This document shows, in pieces, positions 1 to 11,605 of a stretch of 64,000 nucleotides of DNA. The position numbers and the translations under genes are program-made. The notes beneath the pieces are model-generated. The model saw nothing but the letters and a program-made list of their open reading frames with translations, ran no database searches and was not told the DNA's origin. The first letter of the stretch is position 1; every line of letters begins with the position of its first letter. This stretch comes from a bacterium (lineage in GTDB: Bacteria; UBA8248; JACPRG01; G963555815), in contig OZ244653.1 of NCBI GenBank assembly GCA_965218795.1, forward strand, positions 960,001-1,024,000, read 5' to 3'.

Positions 1-1157
1 CTCATTCTCGTGAGACACCTGCATCCTTCGTCCGTCAAGAGCACGGTGTCCTCCACCTGAAAACCCCCCAGACCCAACTCGTAATAGGGCGCCTCGACGG
101 CAAGGACCATATTCGGCTCGAGAGGGGTATGGTCGCCCGGAGCGAGGCGCGGCGCGTCGTATCCGCCCAGGGCGAGACCCATTCCGTGGCCGATATGCTG
201 GCGGTTGTAATGTGGGATACCCCGCCTTCTGACCTCCTCCACCGCAGCATGGAATATCTCATCGCCCGTAGCCCCCGGCCTGACGAGACCGATCGCCAGT
301 TCCTGGCCGGCCAGGAGGGCGTCGTAATAGGCCCGGGACTTGACCGATGGAGAACCGAACGAGAACGTCCGGGCCGTGTCGGAGAGATATCCCTCGTACA
401 TACAACCCACGTCGAAGCGTATCAGATCCCCGCGTTGAAGCCTGTCATCGGGAAAGTTGTACATACCCAACGCCCCGCTGCGTCCGAAGCCGACGTGATT
501 CATGTTGGGCCGCGCGCCGCGCTTGACCTGTCCCATATCGAACGCCAGGGCCATCTCCCCCTCCGGAATGCCCTCCCGCGCGAGCGCGACGGCTTCTCCG
601 ATCGCTTCTTCCGTGATGGTCACGGCCGCCAGAAGCCGCTCGATCTCGATTTCAGTCTTGACCTTCCGAACCTCGCGGAAGACGGCCAACGCCGGGCGGA
701 ACTCCAGGCCGGGCAGCTTTTCGGTGATTTTTGAAACCAGGGCCGGGTCCAGTCCACGCTCGTCGTATCCCACAACCCCCCGTCCGAGGCCCGCGGATGA
801 CAAGATGGACACAATACCCTCCAAGAACGAGCCCACGGGCTCCAGGTCAATCCCCACGGCCTTGATCCGCCCCTCGCGCTCCGTGAGAGAAACCGACGGA
901 TCATGCTCCCGATAGAACGTTCCATAGGTGACGACACCGGCTGGTGAAACGGGCGAGCCTTCCAGATAATCCACCTCGCTGCGGGGAATGGCCAGCCATG
1001 GAGAATCCGGCCGGTCTGCGTGGACGGCCGCGGCGAGGTCGCCCTGCCGCCATACGCCGGAGAGATAGAAGACGTTGGGGATGTTCGTCGCCGCCAGAAG
1101 CCCGTCCAGGCCCCATTCTCCGAGGACCCTTCGCGCCCTTGGAACATTGATGATCAC
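1..1157 (-). CDS. Xaa-Pro peptidase family (M24) protein, two apparent frameshifts, 3' end beyond window
   Basis: Manual translation of the minus strand from GTG at 1157: VIINVPRARRVLGEWGLDGLLA...VRKVKTEIEIERL...GDLIRFDVGCMYEGYLSDTARTF / ...HIGHGMG...MVLAVEAPYY...FQVEDTVL, which contains the D-D-H-E-E pita-bread metal ligands. Frame breaks at ~360 and ~62. Missing from the ORF track. Confidence 0.8.
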   Translation of the reverse strand, partial: MIINVPRARRVLGEWGLDGLLAATNIPNVFYLSGVWRQGDLAAAVHADRPDSPWLAIPRSEVDYLEGSPVSPAGVVTYGTFYREHDPSVSLTEREGRIKAVGIDLEPVGSFLEGIVSILSSAGLGRGVVGYDERGLDPALVSKITEKLPGLEFRPALAVFREVRKVKTEIEIERLLAAVTITEEAIGEAVALAREGIPEGEMALAFDMGQVKRGARPNMNHVGFGRSGALGMYNFPDDRLQRGDLIRFDVGCMYEGYLSDTARTFSFGSPSVKSRAYYDALLAGQELAIGLVRPGATGDEIFHAAVEEVRRRGIPHYNRQHIGHGMGLALGGYDAPRLAPGDHTPLEPNMVLAVEAPYYELGLGGFQVEDTVLLTDEGCRCLTRM

Positions 1158-1452
1158 GCAGACTTCTCCCCTTGAATCAAGCACCGGATCCGTTCGTTCG
1201 CGGGGATTATAGTGGATTTGGAGGAGCGCGAAATTTCGTCTGCCATCCGGGACCGGCAGATTCAGGAACCCGCCCGGTCAATCCTTCACATCATCCGGGG
1301 AGAGTGCCCGTCCGTTCCACTTCATGTCAAGGGGTTGAGGCGGCTTGTATTCTTGACATAGAAGGCCCGCACATCGAGCTGGGGCGCGTCGGAAAGAAAT
1401 CCGCGAAGTGAAGCCACGCTCGAAGAAATTCATCGGGATTGCGCTGTTGCAG

Positions 1453-1505
1453 TGGATTCCCGCCGCAGCCTGTCCCCGAAGGCTTTAGTCGGGGGCGGGA
1501 ATCCA
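1453..1505. repeat. REP-like palindrome (type A) with a second palindrome (type B) nested in its loop
   Basis: TGGATTCCCGCC-[GCAGCCTGTCCCCGAAGGCTTTAGTCGGG]-GGCGGGAATCCA. Confidence 0.8.
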
Positions 1506-1664
1506 GGGGGTGAGGGACAAGGGGAGGACCGGATCGCTCAGTCCGGCGATATCGTGCGCGTCCGCCTTCATGTATGATGCTTGTCCTTGGGATTTCAGGC
1601 TGGGGGCCGGGTTTTCCCGGAAGCTTTTCGCATCCGCGGACTGTAGCGCAAGATGGGGTAGAAA

Positions 1665-2459
1665 ATGATGTTACTTGTCAGGCCGTTCTTCATGGGGTTC
1701 TGCCTGTGGCTCGCCGCGTGGATGAGCGCAGCCCCGGCGTTGGCGGCGGGGGTTTCATGCGAGGACTTGAACACGGAGGTGTTCTTCCAGCGCGCCGGCG
1801 TGGCGGACATCTCCCGCTGCCTGAAGGCCGGGGCCGATGTGAACGCGCGGGATGAAGACGGATGGACACCCCTGCACCGGGCGGCGATGTACAGCAAAAT
1901 CCCTGGGGTCGTGACGGCCCTGCTGAAGGCCGGGGCCGATGTGAACGCGCGGGATGAAAACGGACAGACACCCCTGCACCGGGCGGCGATGTACAGCAAA
2001 ATCCCTGGGGTCGTGACGGCCCTGGTGAAGGCCGGGACCGATGTGAACGCGCGGAATGAACACGGAATGACACCCCTGCACCGGGCGGCGCTCAGCAAAA
2101 CCCCGGCAATCGTGACGGCCCTGGTGAAGGCCGGGGCCGATGTGAACGCGCGGAATGAAAACGGAGGATGGACACCCCTGCACGTGGCGGCGGGAAACAG
2201 CACAACCCCGGCGGCCGTGACGGTCCTGGTGAAGGCCGGGGCCGAAGTGAACGCGCGGGATGAAAACGGAGCGACACCCCTGCACTTGGCGGCGGGGAAC
2301 AGCACAACCCCGGCAATCGTGACGGCCCTGGTGAAGGCCGGGGCCGACCCGGCGGCAAGAGACAAACGGGGCAAAACACCGTGGGACTATATCAAAGCGG
2401 ATTCCCCGCTCAAGGGGACGGATGTCTACTGGCGGCTGAACGATGGGCGGTTCAGATAG
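1665..2459 (+). CDS. Secreted ankyrin-repeat protein
   Basis: N-terminal signal peptide (ends ALA), then about five ankyrin repeats GADVNARDxxGxTPLHxAA. Confidence 0.93.
   Translation: MMLLVRPFFMGFCLWLAAWMSAAPALAAGVSCEDLNTEVFFQRAGVADISRCLKAGADVNARDEDGWTPLHRAAMYSKIPGVVTALLKAGADVNARDENGQTPLHRAAMYSKIPGVVTALVKAGTDVNARNEHGMTPLHRAALSKTPAIVTALVKAGADVNARNENGGWTPLHVAAGNSTTPAAVTVLVKAGAEVNARDENGATPLHLAAGNSTTPAIVTALVKAGADPAARDKRGKTPWDYIKADSPLKGTDVYWRLNDGRFR
1821..2330 (+). repeat. Five near-identical ~102-bp tandem DNA repeats encoding the ankyrin units
   Basis: Unit (c/g)tgaaggccggggccgatgtgaacgcgcgggatgaa...gtgacggccctg recurs at ~1821, 1923, 2025, 2124 and 2229. Confidence 0.9.
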
Positions 2460-2460
2460 C

Positions 2461-2940
2461 CCCCCGACGAAGACATTCGGGGGCAGGCCCCTGCATCCTG
2501 GATTCCCGCTTCCGCGGGAATGACAAGTGGCAGGCAGGCCCGATTTCCTCCCAAAACGCACCCTGAAAGCGCCTGGAAATTACGGTTTCCGGGCCGTTTC
2601 CCCTGTTTTCCCGAAAACTTCACAATGATTTCTTTTTCGGCTCGGACGCCCGAATGCCTCCTGACCTCTTGATTCTACGTATCCCGCCCCGCCCGGTCCC
2701 GCCTGATCCCATTCACGATTATTTTTGTCTCTCCACAGACATTCGGGGGCAGGCCCCCTGCTCCTGGATTCCCGCCGTAGCCTGTCCCCGAAGACTTCAG
2801 TCGGGGGGGATGACGGGCTGGGGAGTTGTGTGACTCTGTTTGGTCATTCCTGCCCATGCCTGTCCTCGAGTGCTTTTTTCGGGGCAGGAACCCATTCGGC
2901 AGACTCTTTGTCTGTCATTCCTGCGAAAGCAGGAATCCAG
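2461..2940. repeat. Cluster of REP-like palindromes (BIME-like)
   Basis: CTGGATTCCCGCTTCCGCGGGAATGAC (~2498), GTCATTCCTGCGAAAGCAGGAATCCAG (~2913), and GACATTCGGGGGCAGGC units at ~2472 and ~2738. Confidence 0.8.
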
Positions 2941-3219
2941 AGCGTTCGAGTAGAGGGGCTGCGAGGGAAGGACGAAGCAAAAGGGCGGCGGGGACCCTCT
3001 GAAAAGTTGGCTGAGCCGGAGGGGGCGCGATGGAGACGCGTTTTCAGCGCCAATCCGATGGCCTCGATCTGCCCCTCATCTGTGAGTTCCATATCCCTCG
3101 CGGACGGACCGAACCTCTATCCTCCCATCTTCTTGCGGTAAGATGAGAGACAGGATTGGAAACGCCCGGCCCATACACAACCGGGGTGTCAACGCCCCAT
3201 TGAATCAACAGGCGATGAT

Positions 3220-5520
3220 ATGAGTTCCGGTTTTCTCCTGAATCCAAGGTTTTTCGGTGCGAGCGTCCCCCGTGTGGAAGACGATCGTCTTCTGAGGGGC
3301 GCCGGCAACTTTGTCGATGACATCGCCGCGCCGGACGCGCTTCACACCGCATTCCTCCGCTCCCCCTACGCCCATGCCCGGATTGAGTCCATCGACGTTT
3401 TGGGCGCTCTGGAGTGCGGAGCCGTCGCCGCCTGGTCGGCGGGGGATTTGGGCCCCTTCTGGAAGGAATACCCCTCCCCGTCCCGCCCGATCCATTTCTT
3501 CGGCCCCGCAACACCGTGCCGCTGGCCAAGGAAAGGACTCGATACGTCGGAGAGCCGGTGGCCGTGGCTTTGGCCGAGAGCCGGGCCGCGGCGGAAGACG
3601 CGCTGGAAGGGGCGCCGCTCGTCCATGAGGATCTCGGGGACAACCTGGCGGCGCGGCTGGAAATCAACGTGGGAGACGCCGAGGCGGAATTGGATCGCGC
3701 CCCGCGCCGGGAGCGGATGCGGCTCGTTGTCCAGCGGGCGGGCGGCGGCGCGATGGAAGGCCGCGCCCTGTTGGCTCAATACGACCCCCGTCTCCGGCGC
3801 CTGACGGTCCACGCCTCCACCCAGACGCCCCACCTCCTGCGCCGCGACCTCGCGCTGATCCTCGATCTTCCCGAAAGCTCGGTGGACGTAATCGCCCCGG
3901 ACGTAGGCGGCGGGTTCGGCCCGAAAGCCTATACCTATCCCGAGGACGGGGTGGTGGCCTGGGCTTCCGTGCAGACGGGCAGACCCGGTGAAATGGATCG
4001 AGGATCGGCTCGAATACATCCAGGCCGACGTTCAAGAACGCGAGCAGGTCCACGATATCGAGTTCGGCTTTGACGACCAGGGCCGCGTCCTCGTGTTGAA
4101 GGACCGTTTTCTCAGCGACACCGGCGCGTTCGTCCCGTGGACGGTGATCGTCGCCATCCTGACGATCACGGGCATCCAGGGACCCTACCGAATCCGCCAC
4201 TTCAAGGGGGTCATGGAAGTCGCGCCTATACCCATCGCGTGCCCATCGCGCCGGTGCGCGGCGCGGGCCGCCCCCAGGTGCCCTTCGTGATGGAGCGCGT
4301 GATGGACCCCGTGTGGCCGCGGCACTGAATCTGGACCCGGCCGAGGTGCGCCGGCGAAACCTCATCCAGCCCGAGGAGTTCCCCTACGACGTGGGCCTTG
4401 TCAGCCAGGATGGAAATTCTTTGACGTATGACAGCGGCGATTACCCCGCCCTTCTCGGCAAGGCCCTGGAGGCAATAGGTTACCAGGAGTACCGGAAGAC
4501 CTCGGAAGCCGATCCGAAGGACAACCTGGAGAGACGCTATGTGGGCATCGGGGTCAGTTTCAACAACGAGCCCACGGGCCTGGGTCCTTTCGAAGGGGCC
4601 GTGGTCCGCCTGGAACCCGGCGGCGGGATTATCGTCCTGACCGGAACATCCCCCAACGGCCAGGGCCACGAGACCGTACTGGCCCAGTCATCGCCGATAT
4701 TCTCCGGGTCGCACCGGAGCGGGTGAAGGTGGAAACGGGTGACACCCGCAACATCCCCTACGGTATCGGCACCTTTGCCAGCCGCACGGCCGTGACCGCG
4801 GCCAACTCGGTCATGCTGGCGGGCGAAGCCCTTCGTGAAAAGGTCCTGAGCTTCGCGTCAACCTGTCTGGAAACCTCGGTCGAGGATCTGGAGATGGAGA
4901 ACGGGCAGGTCTTCGCCCGGGGGACGCCGGACCGATTCCTCTCCCTGGGGGAACTCGCAACGAGATCCATCGGGATGCCGGGCGTCACCCTGCGCGACCG
5001 GAAACCCGGCCTTGAAGCGTCGGAATACTACACGCCCGCCGACCCCGCGACCGCGGCCGCGTGCCAAGCCTGCGTCGTCGAGGTGGACGCACGGACGGGC
5101 CAGGTCAGGATTCTCCGCCACGTGATCGCCCACGATTGCGGGCGGATCATGAACCCGCAGACCGTGGAGGGGCAGACTCACGGCAGCCTGGTCCACGGAA
5201 TCGGCAATGCGTTGATTGAGGAAGTGGTCTTCGACGAGAACGGGACGCCGCTGGCCTCCACCTTTCTCGACTATCTCCTGCCGCTGGCAACGGACGTGCC
5301 CGACATCGAGATCATCCACCAGGAAAGCCCCTCGCCTTTTAATCCTCTCGGTGTCAAGGGAGCCGGCGAGGGCGGGATGATCGGCTCGTGCGCGGTCGTG
5401 GCTTCCGCCGTGGAGGATGCCCTTCGGCCTTTGGGTGCAGAAATCAGGGAAATCCCCCTCACGCCCTATCGTCTCTGGCACCTCATTCACCAGGGCAAGA
5501 TCTCGGTTCGATATCTCTAA
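3220..5520 (+). pseudogene. Xanthine dehydrogenase/CoxL-family molybdopterin-binding subunit, broken
   Basis: RVEDDRLLRG, RSPYAHARI, VGGGFGPK, APVRGAGRP, GQGHET, GTFASR and GVKGAGEGG are spread over several frames; segments also appear to be deleted. Confidence 0.85.
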
Positions 5521-5918
5521 AAACCTGCCTTATTTTCCTGGTGGAGACCCCAGCGTTGGAAGATAAGGGTCTCTTGATCCTGGAGACCGCCTGATGGAAC
5601 CTTCCGTTGCGGGGCGGCCTCCGGCGCCTGAGTACATCACGGGGGTCATTCACAACATCAGCGGCACGAGCGTCCGCTTCTGCACCGTCTGTCGGATGGA
5701 GTCCGGGACTCCGATCGGGTTCCGTCTTCCGCCGGAAGAGCGCGCCCCCCCGATGGTCAGGGGGATGGCGGAAGTCATTCGGAGCCAGCTTTACGTCGTC
5801 GGGTCCGTCAAGCGGCTTGTCCATTCGACCAACGTCACCCCCTCCAACCGCGCGACCGCATCGTTTCCTGCGTCCTGCAGAAACAGCGGTCCTCGATGGG
5901 TCCGAGGCGATCCAAAAT

Positions 5919-6827
5919 CTAAAACCCGTGAATCCGGTCGACCATCTCCTGCGGGAGGGGTTCGCTGGAAGCGGCGTTCTGCGTGGACTGCCCGGGCGTG
6001 CGGATGCCCGGGATGACCGTGGAGACGTTGGGATTCGATACGCAGAACCGGATCGCCACCTCGGCCGCGGGCCGGCCCAGCTCGGTCGCCACTTCCTGCA
6101 GCCTGGCCAGCCTGGCCTGAAACTTCGCCACGTTCTCGGGGCTCAGAATCCGGCTCCGCCGATCGCCTTCGGCGAACTCGTGGCCCGCCTCGAAGCGACC
6201 GGACAGAAATCCCCGCTTGAGCGGCACACGCGAAATCACACCCACGCCCGCGGCCTTCGCCTGGGCGAACGCTTCCTCCGGCTCCTGTTGAAGGACATTG
6301 TACTCCATCTGCATGACGGAGGGACGGCCGCATGAAACCGCCTGCTCGCACTCCTCCACGGTGTTCACCGATACGCCCCAGTTCTTGAGCTTGCCCTGGG
6401 TCTTGAAGTCGTCCAGCAAATCGAAGCTTGCCCCGGCGTTCATGTCGTCCGCCGTCGGGTTGTGAAGAAGGTAGAGGTCGATGGCCTCGAGCCCCAGCCG
6501 CTTCAGGCTCCCCTCGACGCAGCCCTGAATGTACTCGGGCGTGAAGTTGTACTGTCCCGTCATCATGTTGTTCCCGCCCTTGGAGCCGATGATGATCCCG
6601 TCCCGGTCCGGCCGCTCTTTCAGGAATTTGCCGATGACTTCCTCGCTGTGGCCCGTGCCGTAGGCGTCAGAGGTGTCGATGAAGTTCATCCCGGCGTCAA
6701 TGGCCGCGTGCAGGGCCTTGTTGCTGACATCGTCGTCCACGGGGCCGAAAATCCCCCCAATCGTCATGGCGCCGAAACCGATGACCGTCACTTCCAGTCC
6801 GGTTTTTCCGAAAGCGCGTTTCTCCAT
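5919..6827 (-). CDS. Aldo/keto reductase
   Basis: MEKRAFGKTGLEVTVIGFG, FIDTSDAYG, SLKRLGLEAIDLYLLHNP. Confidence 0.93.
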   Translation of the reverse strand: MEKRAFGKTGLEVTVIGFGAMTIGGIFGPVDDDVSNKALHAAIDAGMNFIDTSDAYGTGHSEEVIGKFLKERPDRDGIIIGSKGGNNMMTGQYNFTPEYIQGCVEGSLKRLGLEAIDLYLLHNPTADDMNAGASFDLLDDFKTQGKLKNWGVSVNTVEECEQAVSCGRPSVMQMEYNVLQQEPEEAFAQAKAAGVGVISRVPLKRGFLSGRFEAGHEFAEGDRRSRILSPENVAKFQARLARLQEVATELGRPAAEVAIRFCVSNPNVSTVIPGIRTPGQSTQNAASSEPLPQEMVDRIHGF

Positions 6828-6925
6828 TTTCGTCAAATCTCCAATGGTTCTGAATTGATACATGGAGGAGAAATCCGGGAAGCCGTCCTTCGTCGGGCTC
6901 CCCAAGCTTCATCCCATTCGAATCC

Positions 6926-8377
6926 TCACACCGCAATCGGGGGCCGGCGGTCCTTCCACGGCCTGGCCGCTTCAAGCTGCGCGGCGAGGCGGAACAGCAT
7001 GGCTTCCTCTCCGAACCGGGCGGCAAAGTGGACGCCGACCGGCAGATTCTCGCCATTCCAAAATAGCGGCACGGACATCGAGGGCTGTCCCGTGCCGTTG
7101 GAAATGTAGGTGAACGGCGAGAATGCCGCCGTCTTTTTGCGGACTTCCAGGGCCTCTTCGGGCTTGGCTCCATCCCGAATGGAAAACATCCCCAGCGGGA
7201 CAGGAGGCTGGCCCAGCGTCGGCGTCAGCCAGAGATCGTAATCCTCGAAGAACCGCGCGATGTTTCTCGATTCCCGCTGAACGTCCTGAACAGCGAGCAT
7301 ATACTCCGGCGCGGAGATATCCCTGCCACGCGCGCTGAAGGCCCAGACGAAGGGCTCGAAGGATTCCGAGGAGAGAGAGCGCCCGGTTCTTCGGGACCAG
7401 TCCTCCAGTCCCCAAGCCGTCCCCACCGCAAAGATGGACGTCATCGCCTGCCAGAACCCCTCCGCATCGTAGGACGGCTTCGCCTCCGTGACCTCGTGGC
7501 CCAATTCCTCACAGAGCTTGGCCGCATCTTCCACGGCGGCGACGCAATCGGAATGCAGCTCCGTGCCCAGCGGGGTTTGAGCCGCGTACGCGATACGCAA
7601 ACGGCCGGGGTCCGATCCGGCCTCTGCAAGAAACGGCCGGGCCGGAGGCGGCGGGCCATACGGATCGCCCGGGTCGGGGCCGGATACGGCGTCGAGAAAC
7701 GCCGCGCTGTCCCGGACGGACCGGGTCAGGACATGCTCGGCCACGACGCCGCTGAACAGGTCTCCGTAGTGCGGGCCCAGCGGATTTCGCCCGCGTGTGG
7801 GCTTCAGGCCGAACAGACCGCAGCAGGAGGCCGGAATGCGAATCGACCCTCCAGCGTCGTTGCCGTGCGCGATGGCGACCATCCCCGAAGTGATTGCCGC
7901 CGCGGAACCTCCGCTCGATCCGCCCGCGGTCCGTTCCGGGTTCCAGGGGTTTCGCGTGGGTCCGAACAGACGCGGCTCCGTTGACGCGCCGATGGCGAAT
8001 TCCGGAAGGTTCGTCTTTCCGATGACGATACAACCCGCGCGCTTCAGCCGCCTGACAAACTCGCTGTCCTCATCGGGCACATAATCCTTCAGGAAGGCCG
8101 ACCCTTCCGTGAAGCGAACGCCCGCGTATTCCGCGATGAAATCCTTGAGCAGGAAAGGAACGCCCCTGAAAGGGCCGGACGGGATTTCCCCCTTTGCCGC
8201 CGCGCGAGCCAGATCGTACATCGGGGTGATGACCGCGTTGAGCTGGGGGTTCAGGCGTTCCACGCGATCAATGGCCGCATCCACGAGGTCGCCGGGTTTG
8301 ATCTCTTGATTGCGAACCAACTCGGCCTGCGCCGTCGCATCCAGAAAGGCGAGCTCATTCATCGGAGTGTCCGTCAT
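6926..8377 (-). CDS. Amidase signature family enzyme
   Basis: [39 protein letters not shown]; RBS AGGAG upstream of ATG at 8377. Confidence 0.93.
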   Translation of the reverse strand: MTDTPMNELAFLDATAQAELVRNQEIKPGDLVDAAIDRVERLNPQLNAVITPMYDLARAAAKGEIPSGPFRGVPFLLKDFIAEYAGVRFTEGSAFLKDYVPDEDSEFVRRLKRAGCIVIGKTNLPEFAIGASTEPRLFGPTRNPWNPERTAGGSSGGSAAAITSGMVAIAHGNDAGGSIRIPASCCGLFGLKPTRGRNPLGPHYGDLFSGVVAEHVLTRSVRDSAAFLDAVSGPDPGDPYGPPPPARPFLAEAGSDPGRLRIAYAAQTPLGTELHSDCVAAVEDAAKLCEELGHEVTEAKPSYDAEGFWQAMTSIFAVGTAWGLEDWSRRTGRSLSSESFEPFVWAFSARGRDISAPEYMLAVQDVQRESRNIARFFEDYDLWLTPTLGQPPVPLGMFSIRDGAKPEEALEVRKKTAAFSPFTYISNGTGQPSMSVPLFWNGENLPVGVHFAARFGEEAMLFRLAAQLEAARPWKDRRPPIAV

Positions 8378-8584
8378 ATCAACTCCTGTACGGGAATGTT
8401 CGTCGAATTGGAAACCGGGCCAATTATAACCCCCGATTTCGGAACGTGTACGCGAAACAGGGTCAACCAGGGCTGCAAGCGATGGGAAGCGCACTGCGTC
8501 GAGCCAGCTTGCCGAGCATCGACTGAGCGTTCTGGAGTTGGCGCGGGAACCGGACAACGTATCGGAGGCCTGCCCCTGCACGTA

Positions 8585-8795
8585 TCCGGCGGGGAGCCTG
8601 CCCTCGGCTTCCTGTTACAACCTGCCGGCTTCCCCCCCCTGGATTCCTGCCTGCGCAGGAATGACGGCCAGGGGCCTGTCCTCGAATGTTTTAGTCGAGA
8701 GCAGAAATGATAGAACAGGACCATGCGGTCCCCCCGTCTTGTCACTCCCGTCTCCGACTAAAGCCTTCGGGGACAGACTGCGGCGGGAATCCACA
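8585..8795. repeat. REP-like palindrome cluster
   Basis: GGATTCCTGCCTGCGCAGGAATGAC at ~8641, GCCTGTCCTCGAATGTTTTAGTCGAG at ~8674, nested A/B unit at ~8741-8792. Confidence 0.75.
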
Positions 8796-9302
8796 CCGAA
8801 CGACCCAATTCGGGGTATCGAAACCAGGGCCGAAGGCCCATCGAAACCATCAACCTGATCGTTAACCAAGATGCTTAAGAGGAAACCTTCAAGAGTGAAT
8901 CGCGTCCAAATTCTAATAATCTACATCATCTATATGAATATAACTCATTGTAATTAAATAACTTATAATGTAACAATTTAGGGTAATCTTGTCGGTATGG
9001 AACCAGGAATTTCGAGAGATCGAATGTGATTTCTCAAGGAATTCCCTTCTCCTCATCCATCACGTGCAATCGACCTTTGCGTAGAGACCGTTCGAAGGAA
9101 TCCCGATTTCATTGACTCATCAAGGCAAATCGGGGCATGATTCTGAAGACTTTTCCGGATTTGCCCAAGAACAATGTCTCCAGTTTTGATTCCGTATGTT
9201 TATATCCGCAATAAAGCCAGCCCATATTTTCGCGATTGGGTCGAAATTCAGGGGCGAAGAAATCGACCGCCGCGGACGCCTCTCCTTCAACAGGGGTGTC
9301 AA

Positions 9303-10256
9303 ATGATCCCTTCATACGGATCCCTCCGTAAGGCCATCGAGAAAAAAGACCGCGGGCTGCGGGAAAAGGTCTGCACCCTCACGGAGGCCGTCCGGCTCAT
9401 CCCCGACGGCGCCCACGTTGCCGTCGGCGGTTGCCACTACTCGCGGACTCCCATGGCCCTGCTTTGGGAGATCATTCGGCAAAAACGCAAGAACCTGACG
9501 GTTTCCCGAAGCATTACCAGCACCGAAGGGGACCTCCTCCTTGCAGGGGACGTCACCCGGCACATCCTCACCAGCTGGTTCAGCGCGGGCGTCACATGGG
9601 GCGTGTCCCGCGTCATGCGCGAATACGTCCAGTCCGGGAAGGCCCGATATGAAGAATGGAGTCACCTCAGCATCGGCCTCGGCTACCGGGCGGGCGGCAT
9701 GGGGGTTCCGTTCCTCCCCTCCCGTTCTGTCATGGGAAGCGGCATCGCGGATCGGCTCCCGGGCCTCAAGACGATGAATTGCCCTTATACCGGCGAGCCG
9801 CTGGCCCTCATCCCCGCCCTGAACCCCGATGTCGCCATTATCCACGTTCACCGCGCCGATCCTTACGGCAACGCGCAGATTGACGGGCTTCCCTTCATGG
9901 ACGCCGACATCGCGCTCGCCGCCGAGAGGGTCATCCTTTCCGCGGAACGCATCGTCTCCACCGAACAGATCCGCCGGGAGGCCGACCGGACCCTGATCTC
10001 CTTCTTGTGCGTGGAGGCCGTCGTCGAAACGCCTTACGGAAGCATGCCGCACGAATGCTACGGCCTCTATGAGCCCGCATTCGGTCACATTGACCAGTAC
10101 TGCAAGAGCATCGCCGCCGATGGAACCGCGGCCGCGAAGAAATACATCAGAGAGTGCGCCTACCAGCCCGGCTGTTGGGACGAATTTCTGCAAAGGCTGG
10201 GAACACAGACCCTGGTGGCCGCCTCCAGGGCGGGTGCGGAGGTTCACGGTGCCTGA
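9303..10256 (+). CDS. Family I CoA-transferase alpha subunit (GctA/PcaI-like)
   Basis: LTEAVRLIPDGAHVAVGG, PALNPDVAIIHVHRADPYGN. Confidence 0.85.
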   Translation: MIPSYGSLRKAIEKKDRGLREKVCTLTEAVRLIPDGAHVAVGGCHYSRTPMALLWEIIRQKRKNLTVSRSITSTEGDLLLAGDVTRHILTSWFSAGVTWGVSRVMREYVQSGKARYEEWSHLSIGLGYRAGGMGVPFLPSRSVMGSGIADRLPGLKTMNCPYTGEPLALIPALNPDVAIIHVHRADPYGNAQIDGLPFMDADIALAAERVILSAERIVSTEQIRREADRTLISFLCVEAVVETPYGSMPHECYGLYEPAFGHIDQYCKSIAADGTAAAKKYIRECAYQPGCWDEFLQRLGTQTLVAASRAGAEVHGA

Positions 10257-11025
10257 GCCGAGCGGTTATAACCCTCAGGAAATGATCTGCGTGATGAGCG
10301 CCCGGGCGCTCCGGAACGGCAACGTCGTATTCGGCGGCGCCGGGCTCCCTCTCGTCTCGGCCATCCTGGCCCAGAACACCCATGCGCCCCATCTCACCAT
10401 TCTCTTCGAAGGCGGCGTTATCGGCCCAAGGGTGATACCGGGCAGGCTCCCGCCCTCGACCAATGAAGCCCGCTGCGCCTGGGGGGCCAGCAAGGTGCTC
10501 TCCATCACGGACGTTCTTCTTCTGATGCAGCGGGGCTACGTGGATTACGGGTTCCTCGGAGGGGCGCAGATCGATCAATTCGGAAATCTGAACAGCTCCT
10601 TCATCGGGGATCCCGATGAGCCGAAGGTCCGCCTGCCGGGGACCGGCGGGGCCAATGACATCGCCAGCATGACCAAGGTGATCGTCGCCATGCGGCACGA
10701 GAAACGCCGGTTTGTGGAACGGGTGGATTTCATCACCAGCCCGGGTTTTTTGTCCGGCGGTCGGTCCCGAAAGCAGGCGGGACTTATCTCCGGGGGAGCG
10801 CACCTGGTCGTCACGGACCTGGGGGTGATGGATTTCGATTTGAAGGACGGAAGGATGAGGCTGAAATCGTTGCACCCCGGCGTAGCCGTCAAGACGGTCC
10901 GGGAGAGCACGGGATTCGAGTTGAAGATCCCGGACAGGATCCGCCGCACCAAGCCTCCCACGGCCAAAGAACTGTCCAGGCTTCGCGCATTGGACCCGGA
11001 CGGACGATATACCCGAAGGAATTGA
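10249..11025 (+). CDS. Family I CoA-transferase beta subunit (GctB/PcaJ-like)
   Basis: Catalytic-Glu region ILFEGG, FLGGAQIDQFGNLNS, RLPGTGGAND, VVTDLGVM; GTG start overlaps the alpha-subunit stop. Confidence 0.88.
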   Translation: MPEPSGYNPQEMICVMSARALRNGNVVFGGAGLPLVSAILAQNTHAPHLTILFEGGVIGPRVIPGRLPPSTNEARCAWGASKVLSITDVLLLMQRGYVDYGFLGGAQIDQFGNLNSSFIGDPDEPKVRLPGTGGANDIASMTKVIVAMRHEKRRFVERVDFITSPGFLSGGRSRKQAGLISGGAHLVVTDLGVMDFDLKDGRMRLKSLHPGVAVKTVRESTGFELKIPDRIRRTKPPTAKELSRLRALDPDGRYTRRN

Positions 11026-11499
11026 TCCAAACCCCGCCTATCTCGGCCATTTCTCCTGCCGCCCCACCCGTTCAAGGCAGATCGCAGGGCCTTAAGCTGA
11101 ACAAGATCAACTCCATGCCCGGCAAACCCTCCTTCGCCGAATTTGTCCTTTCGACCGGATCTTTACTTCATTCCGTCCCAAGCTACCGATACGGAGTAAG
11201 AGCCCAGCGGAGTCGGGAGAGCGGGTTTGAAATTGGAAACAATTGCAGGTGAGTGGGCGTCCCGTTCGAATGTTCGGCCCTTAGCGAAGGGCGGGACGTC
11301 GTCCCGTTATTTTCGGATGGAACGGGCATGCCGACCCGGATTCCTGAATTACGGTCATACGTCTCGGATGAGTCACCTTCCGGGGAGCCGAACCAATGAA
11401 AAACGGTCCCGACCCCTCGCGCGGCTTCCGAACGTCATTATAGGAAACGCGGGGAACAACGCAATGCCGCGGGGTTACCGGTCACCCCCGCAGGCAACA

Positions 11500-11605
11500 G
11501 GCGGGGAGCCTGCCCCCGCGGTATTAGGCGGAGGCCTATGGATTCCCGCTTCCGCGGGAATGACGGGCCACGTCGGAACCTGTCCCCGAATGATCCTGTC
11601 GGGGG
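11500..11605. repeat. REP-like palindrome cluster
   Basis: TGGATTCCCGCTTCCGCGGGAATGAC at ~11539, CCTGTCCCCGAATGATCCTGTCGGGG at ~11579. Confidence 0.75.

Noticed and set aside
1821-2330. Tandem repeats as a CRISPR array
   Set aside because: The units are in-frame ankyrin-coding repeats without unique spacers, and no cas genes are present.
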